Below, piece by piece: positions 1 through 7,099 of a stretch of DNA of 20,000 bases. The notes beneath the pieces were generated by a model, which had not been told where the DNA came from, did not search any database, and saw only the letters and a program-made list of their open reading frames with translations. The translations under genes and the position numbers were made by a program. Each line of letters begins with the position of its first letter. Positions within the stretch are counted from its first letter, which is position 1. Origin of the DNA: an uncultured Candidatus Sumerlaeota bacterium (lineage in GTDB: Bacteria; CAYMEV01); contig CAYMEV010000010.1 in assembly GCA_964389675.1 (NCBI GenBank), forward strand, positions 106,426 to 126,425. The letters run 5' to 3'.

Positions 1-1
1 T

Positions 2-310
2 TTTATAGAGAATGGTGTACCCAATTTCCTTATAGATGAATCTGTTATAGTGGTTAAATCTCCCAAAACAGGTAAACTGCTTGAGTTTGACAGCAAAAAG
101 ATGGAATACAGCAATAAAGATGGAGAGGTATTCAGGCTGGCTGATATAGAAAAGGTCCTGGATCTCAGGCTCAAGTGCCTGGAGGAGGGATGTGACGGCA
201 GTCTTGCCATTGATAATGCAAAATTAGCATATATCTGCAATAAATGCAATACTGAGTATCCTGTTCCCAACGGAATTACCAACTGCCTTAAAGAAAACGC
301 ATATTCATAG
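2..310 (+). CDS. Trm112/YcaR-like tandem-domain protein, 5'-truncated by the window edge
   Basis: The frame of ORF 50..310 is open back to base 2 (FIENGVPNFLIDESVI-VVKSPK...), so GTG50 is probably not the true start. FIENGVPNFLIDE and EYPVPNGITNCL both resemble the Trm112 C-terminal motif YP(I/V)xxGIPxxL. The last module has Cx4C...CxxC (CLEEGC...CNKC). Confidence 0.7.
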   Translation, partial: FIENGVPNFLIDESVIVVKSPKTGKLLEFDSKKMEYSNKDGEVFRLADIEKVLDLRLKCLEEGCDGSLAIDNAKLAYICNKCNTEYPVPNGITNCLKENAYS

Positions 311-320
311 AATAAACTGA

Positions 321-1418
321 TTGAAAAGAATAAGAGTACTGCATATTGATGATAAAAAAGGCTGGGCCGGCGGTCAGAGCCAGCTCTTTCTGCTATATAC
401 CAGGCAAAAGCAGGGTTCAGATATCACCCCTTTTCTGGCAGTCAGGAAAGATACACCTCTTTACGGCAGGCTGAAAGACAGCGATGGGATCTTTACTTTT
501 AATCTGAATAATGAATTTGACCCATTTGCAGTCTATGGGCTTTACAGCATAATAAAAAAGACAAACCCCGATATACTTCAGTGCCACACGCCGCACAGCA
601 TGTACCCGGCTTATCTTGCTGCAAAGATGTCCAGAAAGAAACCGAAGATTATTGTTGTCAGAAGAGTGGACAACCCTATCAGAAGTATCTACAAGTATAA
701 TATTACAGCTGACTGTATAGTCGCCGTGTCTGAAAATGTAGCAAAAATGATGGCTAAAAGCGGTTATAAAAAGGAAAATATCCGGATAATAAGAGATGCT
801 GTCGATAAAGGCTATATTTTAAGAGAGGCTCAGCTGCAATCGGAGTATTTTGAAATTCACAGGAAAAATGACAATACAATTAATATCGGCTCTCTATCAT
901 CCCTTATTCGCCATAAAGGTATAGACATCCTCATTAAAGCCTTTTCCAGATTAGTAAAAGAGGAAAAGGAAACTCAGCTGATCATTGCAGGAGAGGGTGA
1001 TCAGCATGGTATGCTTCTGCAGATGGCAAAGGATCTTAATATTGCTGAATATGTAAAATTCATAGGGTTTACAGACAAACCTTACGGTTTCTTAAGCTTC
1101 CTGGATATGATAATCTTCCCTTCAAGAACAGAAGGGCTATGCTCAACAATACTGGACTCTCATGTTTTGAAAAAGAATATCATTGCTTCTGATTCAGGCG
1201 GTATCCCTGAGATAATAAGGCATGAAGAAAATGGCATACTTTTTAATTCCGGGGATGCAGATGACCTCTATTTTAAGATGAGGGACATGACAGCCGGAAT
1301 AAGAAAAAATTTGCACGGGGATCATAAAAAAAATATAATCCTTCCAGAGTGGGCTGATATAAACAATAATCTTAATCTTTATAATTCTCTTTATAAGAGG
1401 ATGCTTAAAATAGACTGA
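321..1418 (+). CDS. GT4-family (GT-B fold) glycosyltransferase
   Basis: N-terminal RVLHID...WAGGQ, PDILQCHT, IVAVSENV, HKGIDILIKAF, IAGEG, and donor-binding PSRTEGLCSTILDS...IIASDSGGIPEII...NGILF. TTG start. Confidence 0.93.
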   Translation: MKRIRVLHIDDKKGWAGGQSQLFLLYTRQKQGSDITPFLAVRKDTPLYGRLKDSDGIFTFNLNNEFDPFAVYGLYSIIKKTNPDILQCHTPHSMYPAYLAAKMSRKKPKIIVVRRVDNPIRSIYKYNITADCIVAVSENVAKMMAKSGYKKENIRIIRDAVDKGYILREAQLQSEYFEIHRKNDNTINIGSLSSLIRHKGIDILIKAFSRLVKEEKETQLIIAGEGDQHGMLLQMAKDLNIAEYVKFIGFTDKPYGFLSFLDMIIFPSRTEGLCSTILDSHVLKKNIIASDSGGIPEIIRHEENGILFNSGDADDLYFKMRDMTAGIRKNLHGDHKKNIILPEWADINNNLNLYNSLYKRMLKID

Positions 1419-1453
1419 TATATAATATGTTATCAAAGGCTAATAAGAGTGAT

Positions 1454-2569
1454 ATGACCGGGGAAAAACAAATTAGAGTCCTTCATGTAGATGATAAAAT
1501 GAACTGGGCAGGCGGGCAGAACCAGGTATACCTTTTATTCAAAAAACAGCTTTCCAGCAGCCATATATGCCCTTTCATAGCTGTAAGGGCTAAATCAGCG
1601 CTCTGGAGCAAGGCAGGTGAGCTGGGGAACCTTTTTGAATTCTCTTTATTAAATGAGTTTGACCCTTATGCAGTATTCAAAATGCTCCGCATAATAAATA
1701 AAACCAGGCCTGATATTATACATTGCCATACGCCTCACAGCCTTATGATAGTATATTCCGCATCGAGATTGTCTGCAAAAAGGCCGAAGATTATTGCTAT
1801 GAGACGGGTAGATAATCCTGTAAAATGCAGATTGAAATATACAATTGCATCTGACTGCATCGTTGCAATTTCAGACAATATAAAAAAAGCACTTCTAAGC
1901 TCAGGTTTCAGGGATGAAAATATCCATGTCATCAAAAGCGCAGTAGATTGCAAAGAAGTGTCAAGGCTTGCCGATATTCAGAATGACAGCTTTAATAAAT
2001 ACAGCAGGCCGGGTACCATTAAGATAGGGTCAATCTCCTCACTCTATAAGCATAAGGGAATAGATATTCTGATCAGGGCTTTCGCCATGCTATGCAGTCA
2101 GGATGGCAGATATCAGCTTTTCATTGCAGGAGAGGGTGATCAGAAGGATTACCTTGTTTCGCTTGCAGCAGACCTGGGTATTTCAGAGCATGTGACCTTT
2201 ATTGATTTTACTGAAGAACCCTATGGTTTTATTAAATTTCTGGATATAATAGTATTCCCTTCAAGAACAGAAGGCCTGGGGACTACAATTCTTGATTCTC
2301 TGATCATAAATACCCCCATTATTGCCTCACATGCCGGCGGGATTCCTGAAATAATCAGCGACAGAAAAAACGGCCTCCTATTTAAAGCAGGAGATTATAA
2401 TGATTTATACCAGAAACTAAAAAAAATGACTGAATCTCCCGGCGTGATAGAAGACCTGAGGCAGAACAGCTCCACGCACCTTCCGGAATGGATCGACATT
2501 GATAAAAATTCAGCAGAATATGAACTCCTCTATAAAAGGCTTCTGAACATTGAAGATGGTGGGAAATGA
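1454..2569 (+). CDS. GT4-family glycosyltransferase, tandem paralog of 321..1418
   Basis: Same motif set (RVLHVD...WAGGQ, PDIIHCHT, HKGIDILIRAF, PSRTEGLGTTILDS, GGIPEII). ATG1454 is preferred because it follows GAGTGA and aligns with the paralog's N-terminus; ATG1427 is the alternative. Confidence 0.92.
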   Translation: MTGEKQIRVLHVDDKMNWAGGQNQVYLLFKKQLSSSHICPFIAVRAKSALWSKAGELGNLFEFSLLNEFDPYAVFKMLRIINKTRPDIIHCHTPHSLMIVYSASRLSAKRPKIIAMRRVDNPVKCRLKYTIASDCIVAISDNIKKALLSSGFRDENIHVIKSAVDCKEVSRLADIQNDSFNKYSRPGTIKIGSISSLYKHKGIDILIRAFAMLCSQDGRYQLFIAGEGDQKDYLVSLAADLGISEHVTFIDFTEEPYGFIKFLDIIVFPSRTEGLGTTILDSLIINTPIIASHAGGIPEIISDRKNGLLFKAGDYNDLYQKLKKMTESPGVIEDLRQNSSTHLPEWIDIDKNSAEYELLYKRLLNIEDGGK

Positions 2570-3987
2570 TGCATCAGAAGGAGATTATCCTGGGGGCATT
2601 CGGGGGAAGCAGAGAAAACAGATCATCAGTATCAGCATATCTCATAAAAACTGAAGCTCCCTATAAAAGGCTGGAAACTGATAATTCATTAATATTTTTC
2701 AGCAGGAGCATAAAGCTTAAGTACGGCAGGATAAATAAAAGTACCGACCTAATCATGATGGGGCGCTTTTTCCAGAAGAACCTGTTCCTGAGTTCACTTG
2801 AGATGGAATATGATGATCAGCCAGTCAAGGAAAGTGATCTTTCAATTCTATATAATCTTTTGAAATTTGATGAATTTTCTCTCCTTCGTGATCTGCATGC
2901 AGAATTCTGCTCAATATGCGTAAATGATGATTCCATTGATCTAATATCTGACAGGAGGGCATCGATTCCTTTATTCTATACAAAATATTCTGGATCTATC
3001 TTTTTTTCGACATCCCCGTTCCCGCTTCTGAAACTTGCGGGCAAGCCTGCAATTGTGCCTGAAAAAAACCAGAATGAAATAACGTTGTTCAATAATTTGA
3101 TAGAGTCTGATGAGATTTTTGAAGGAGTGTATTTTGTAAATAAGGGGTCAGTCGCAAGATTTGATAAAAAAGGCATTATGACCGAGCTCAACTATATCGG
3201 AAATTATGATGTAAGGGACAACACCAGCATTGATAAAGAGGAAGCAGCCTATGAGCTTGCCAGATTGACCGTAAGGTCACTTGAGATTATTACGCGTGAG
3301 ACTGCTGAAATATCAGTGAAGATATTAGACCTTGAAAGCCTTCTGCTTTCATTCCTTTTGCCATTTGAGAGGCTAAAGCTGAGGGTCCTGCACGGAGATG
3401 ACAGGCAAAGCGAAACTCTGGGAAAGCTGGCTCAATATTATAATGATGACATTAAAATTGAGAAAACAGAAAAGATCAATGCACAATATATTCACAGCTG
3501 TGATGATGGAGAGGTCCTGTTCACAAGGTTTTACTCCTGCAGTCCCGGAAATTTGGAAAAGCATATTAATGACATCAGGGATTATATCATTGAAAGAGAA
3601 GGGATAAAAGATAAAGGGGAATTGGATTCAGCTATAAGAGACCGTATTCTTGATAATGCCGACCAAAGCATATTTGAGAAGGCACTCTCCTGTCAAACCA
3701 TGATCAGAAATCCGTTTCAGGAGCCATTCCTGAGGGATTTTCTAAGATCGCTCGACCCTTCAATAATAAACAACGGTTCTCTTTTTGACATAATGTCTGG
3801 CAGTAATCTGATAAAAAAGATTATAGGAAAAAGAACCATAAGCAGGCTGAGAAAAAGCTTTTATGACACATTCCCATGGCAGGACGGCATATTAGATGAT
3901 ATTTCCTGTGCCCATAATGATATAGAATATGTCAGTTATTCAGCTGAAGATATTGCAGATGCAGAATTTCCCGAGATTATTATCTGA
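2566..3987 (+). CDS. Degenerate asparagine-synthetase B-like protein (Ntn-like domain plus synthetase-like remnant), probably non-catalytic
   Basis: LHAEFCSI...LISDRRASIPLFY...IFFST resembles AsnB LxGMFAF...LARDRxGxKPLYY...FAS. MIRNPFQE resembles ExRxPFLD. There is no N-terminal Cys and no SGGxDS. ATGA overlap with the upstream GT stop suggests translational coupling. Confidence 0.6.
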   Translation: MMHQKEIILGAFGGSRENRSSVSAYLIKTEAPYKRLETDNSLIFFSRSIKLKYGRINKSTDLIMMGRFFQKNLFLSSLEMEYDDQPVKESDLSILYNLLKFDEFSLLRDLHAEFCSICVNDDSIDLISDRRASIPLFYTKYSGSIFFSTSPFPLLKLAGKPAIVPEKNQNEITLFNNLIESDEIFEGVYFVNKGSVARFDKKGIMTELNYIGNYDVRDNTSIDKEEAAYELARLTVRSLEIITRETAEISVKILDLESLLLSFLLPFERLKLRVLHGDDRQSETLGKLAQYYNDDIKIEKTEKINAQYIHSCDDGEVLFTRFYSCSPGNLEKHINDIRDYIIEREGIKDKGELDSAIRDRILDNADQSIFEKALSCQTMIRNPFQEPFLRDFLRSLDPSIINNGSLFDIMSGSNLIKKIIGKRTISRLRKSFYDTFPWQDGILDDISCAHNDIEYVSYSAEDIADAEFPEIII

Positions 3988-4972
3988 CCGTCAGCCAGTT
4001 ATTGTCCCTGTACCATTCAATAGCTGCCTTCATTCCCTTATCTAATCCGACTTCCGGGTTGTAACCCAGCTTTCGCCTGGCTTTTGCAATATCAAAGTGC
4101 TGATTTTCCCTGAAAAAATCCAGCCTTCTTCTAAAAATTGGAGGCTCCATTTTGAAAAGCGGGAAAATATATTCTGCGCCAAGGGCAGCCAAATACATCA
4201 GCCAGTAGGGAAGCTTTATATCCTTTGTCTTCCTGCCAAGGTAATTTGATATAATATCTATTGTATCATTAATTGTATGGGGTTCCGGTCCAGCAATTAT
4301 GAAAATATCGTTCCTGATTTCCGTTTTTTCCACTGAAAGAAGTATTGCTGAAAGAAGGTCGGATATATAGAGAGGATGGATCATTGTCTGACAGCTCCCT
4401 ATTTTCATGAACCACCTTTTTGAAACAGCCTTTATAAATTTAAGTACCCTTTTGTCGCCAGGCCCATAAACCCATGACGGCCTTATGATAATATAGTCAA
4501 TCCCTTTAGCAATGCAGAATTCCCTGACAATGAACTCTGATTCCTTTTTTGAAAGCTGATATGGATTGATAATTTTCCCATTATAATTCTCATCTGCAGG
4601 CATGGAATCAATCCTTCCCATAGCCCCTACACTGCTTATATATATAAACTTTTTAATCGAGGGGGCTTTCTCCCTGGCCCATTCCAGGACATTTATGGTA
4701 CCGTTTACATTTGAATCAACCAGAGATGACTGCTTCTGATCCGGAGGATTGATAACACTTGCGCAGTGTATGAAATGCTCAACTCCGGAAATGTCTGCTT
4801 TAGCCAGGCTGTTCTTATTTCTTATATCCCCGGTAAATAATCTTATCCTGCCATCAAGATGTTCTTTTCTGCTTGTTTCCCTTACCAGCCCTGAAACTGA
4901 ATAATTTTCCCCTATAAGGTAATTAGCAAGATTCCCCCCTATGAAACCTGATACACCGGTTATGAATATCAT
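3980..4972 (-). CDS. NAD-dependent epimerase/dehydratase (extended SDR)
   Basis: Rossmann motif TGVSGFIG, IYISS, catalytic YxxxK (YQLSK), RPSWVYGPGD, and C-terminal KARRKLGYNP...IEWY. Confidence 0.93.
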   Translation of the reverse strand: MIFITGVSGFIGGNLANYLIGENYSVSGLVRETSRKEHLDGRIRLFTGDIRNKNSLAKADISGVEHFIHCASVINPPDQKQSSLVDSNVNGTINVLEWAREKAPSIKKFIYISSVGAMGRIDSMPADENYNGKIINPYQLSKKESEFIVREFCIAKGIDYIIIRPSWVYGPGDKRVLKFIKAVSKRWFMKIGSCQTMIHPLYISDLLSAILLSVEKTEIRNDIFIIAGPEPHTINDTIDIISNYLGRKTKDIKLPYWLMYLAALGAEYIFPLFKMEPPIFRRRLDFFRENQHFDIAKARRKLGYNPEVGLDKGMKAAIEWYRDNNWLTVR

Positions 4973-5778
4973 TTCGCTTTATCCTTTACTGTTTCCAGTA
5001 TCAATATATACCCCGGCAGAAAAAACAGCAGAAAGTCAAGTAATGAGATAGTCCACAGAAAAGGATAAATTACTTTTAGAAGAGTAATTTTCCTTTTGTG
5101 CCTTTTATAGTCTGTTTCATTCCCTATGCTGATATCACCCTTTGAGCCCTTTTCACTGCCTTTTCTGCTTAAGAATTTTGAGTATGCAAAATTAAGCAGA
5201 AATTCAATTAATTCCGTAAAGAACCCCACTGCTGTATGTTCTTTAACAACCCTGAAGCCGTTCTTTTCCAGTTTGTCCCTGAGCATTTTGCAGGAATAGC
5301 CATCCCTTTTATGATTATAGTATTCTTTTGTAAATCCAAGCATTTTTGCCAGGCAGTTTACAAACAATAAGGGGCTGACATGAGGTACTGTAACTATAAA
5401 ATCCCCTTCCCTCTGAGTTACCCTTTTTATTTCTCTGATCATTGCTTCATCATCTTCAAGATGCTCGAGCAGGTCAACACATAGAACTGTGTCAAACTCA
5501 AGGTCTGAGAACGGAAGTCTATTATCTTCAATCTTCACTACATTTTCATGCAGGATGCTGAGCGCAAAATCCACATTTTCCTGATCGGTATCACAGCTCA
5601 TCCATCTGCATGGAATGGCTTTTCTTAGATGATATGACAGAACTCCCTTATCACAGCCTATTTCAAGTATATTCTTATGATCTTTGGCTTTCAGCAGGCT
5701 GATTATCTTTTTCAGCTTTTTGTTCTTTTTCAGTGACAGTGATGAGAGTTCCAGCTGCCAGTGTTTTTTTTCTTTCAT
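4969..5778 (-). CDS. Class I SAM-dependent methyltransferase (Methyltransf_11/23-like)
   Basis: Motif I ILEIGCDKG, LPFSDLEFDTVLCVDLLEHLEDD, IREIKRV...G.FIVTVP. Its stop overlaps the epimerase start (ATGA). Confidence 0.9.
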   Translation of the reverse strand: MKEKKHWQLELSSLSLKKNKKLKKIISLLKAKDHKNILEIGCDKGVLSYHLRKAIPCRWMSCDTDQENVDFALSILHENVVKIEDNRLPFSDLEFDTVLCVDLLEHLEDDEAMIREIKRVTQREGDFIVTVPHVSPLLFVNCLAKMLGFTKEYYNHKRDGYSCKMLRDKLEKNGFRVVKEHTAVGFFTELIEFLLNFAYSKFLSRKGSEKGSKGDISIGNETDYKRHKRKITLLKVIYPFLWTISLLDFLLFFLPGYILILETVKDKAK

Positions 5779-5840
5779 TAAAGATGCTTTTATGTATTAA
5801 CTATATTTTGTCAATAAATATAATTAATGGAAAGTATCAG

Positions 5841-6995
5841 ATGAAAATACTTATGGTTGCTCCTGAGCCGGTATTCGAGCCAAGGGGGACGCCTTTCTCA
5901 GTTATCTACAGGATAAAAGCCCTCTCGGAGCTCGGCCATGAAGTGGACCTTCTGACCTATCACATAGGCAGTGATATTGATATAAAAAACCTCAATATCT
6001 GCCGGATACCCAGGATACCATTCTGCAGAAGCATAAAGATAGGCCCGTCGGTAAAGAAGATATTCCTTGATATATTCCTCTTTATTAAAACTGTTATATA
6101 CCTGATCAAAAACAGATATGATGCCGTGCATTCACATGAGGAGGCTGCATTCTGGTGTGTACTGCCTGCAAAGATTTTCAGGATACCCCATGTATATGAC
6201 ATGCATTCAAGCCTGCCCCAGCAGCTCAGTAATTTCGGGTTTTTGAACTTCTTTCCCTTCAGGAATATCTTCAGGGGGCTTGAGGCTTTCGTAATAAGGA
6301 ATTCAAGATCTGTTATTACCATCTGCAATGACCTTTATGACACTGCGAGAAATATAGACAGTAAGGCAAATATAGTGAACATTGAGAATATATTCGATAA
6401 TTCTGCAATATTTCAGGAAGATGCATCAGAACTGGAAAGATACAGAGAGCATTTTGAGAACCGCATAGTTGTTCTCTATTATGGGACTATGGAGAAGTAT
6501 CAGGGTATCGATCTTCTTATCCGGTCATTTAACCTGGCAGCTGAGAAAAACAGATCCCTGCTTCTCCTTATGATAGGTGGCAGGGATGATCAGATCCTGC
6601 ATTACAGCAGTATGGTAAAGCATAAAGACAGCACTTTGTTTATCAGGCCTGTCTCGCCAGGGCAATTGAAGCCCTTTACTGACAGGGCGGATATGCTTAT
6701 AACTGCAAGGACAAGGGGGACAAATACCCCATTGAAGCTGTACGGCTATATAAGAGCGGGCAAGCCTATAATAGCAACAGACATTTACAGTCATACACAG
6801 GTTCTGAATAATGATATAGCCCTTTTATGCAAGCCTGAAGCCTCCGCTGTTGCTGATGCAATCAGCAGGGCCGCAGGGGATAGCCTTTTGCGTAATACAC
6901 TGTCTGATAACTGCCTTAAATATGCTGAAGATAGATACAGCAATGAAAATTATATAAAGAAGGTCAAAGAAGCATATTCTTATATAACAGGCTGA
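5841..6995 (+). CDS. GT4-family glycosyltransferase
   Basis: MKILMVAPEP...RGTP, GHEVDLLTY, YDAVHSHEE, YYGTMEKYQGIDLL, TPLKLYGY...GKPIIATD. Start reassigned from 5733 to ATG5841, which gives a typical MKIL N-terminus and removes the overlap with the methyltransferase. Confidence 0.9.
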   Translation: MKILMVAPEPVFEPRGTPFSVIYRIKALSELGHEVDLLTYHIGSDIDIKNLNICRIPRIPFCRSIKIGPSVKKIFLDIFLFIKTVIYLIKNRYDAVHSHEEAAFWCVLPAKIFRIPHVYDMHSSLPQQLSNFGFLNFFPFRNIFRGLEAFVIRNSRSVITICNDLYDTARNIDSKANIVNIENIFDNSAIFQEDASELERYREHFENRIVVLYYGTMEKYQGIDLLIRSFNLAAEKNRSLLLLMIGGRDDQILHYSSMVKHKDSTLFIRPVSPGQLKPFTDRADMLITARTRGTNTPLKLYGYIRAGKPIIATDIYSHTQVLNNDIALLCKPEASAVADAISRAAGDSLLRNTLSDNCLKYAEDRYSNENYIKKVKEAYSYITG

Positions 6996-7039
6996 TTTAG
7001 CCATTATATTTCCTTCAGCAGAATTAATTCCAAAATAAA

Positions 7040-7067
7040 TTAAACAAAATTCAATCCCCGGCGTATA
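7040..7067 (+). promoter_or_regulatory. Putative ECF-sigma promoter of tricorn paralog 1
   Basis: TTAAAC(7040-7045)-N16-CGTATA(7062-7067) is close to the TGAAAC-N16-CGTA consensus of B. subtilis sigmaW. SD GGAGGT at 7088-7093 precedes GTG7100. Confidence 0.55.
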
Positions 7068-7099
7068 AAGTCTTATAAAAAAAGATCGGAGGTATATCT

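Noticed and set aside
1416..1435. TGATA-N10-TATCA inverted repeat containing TATAAT between the two GT genes
   Set aside because: Only 5-bp AT-rich arms, no matching -35, not repeated elsewhere and not a Fur-box spacing; likely chance.
2566..3987. Lasso-peptide cyclase interpretation of the AsnB-like protein
   Set aside because: The ATP-binding SGGxDS loop is absent, no precursor, RRE or B-peptidase gene is visible, and the neighbours are glycan genes.
3980..3987. 8-bp overlap of convergent stop codons without a terminator
   Set aside because: Short convergent overlaps are common in compact bacterial genomes.
5733..5840. N-terminal extension of the third GT in the ORF track (GTG5733)
   Set aside because: It overlaps the divergent methyltransferase start and crosses the AT-rich promoter region; ATG5841 gives the typical GT4 N-terminus.
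7021..7030. Perfect palindrome GAATTAATTC upstream of tricorn 1
   Set aside because: Short, AT-rich and not present upstream of paralog 2; too little to call an operator.
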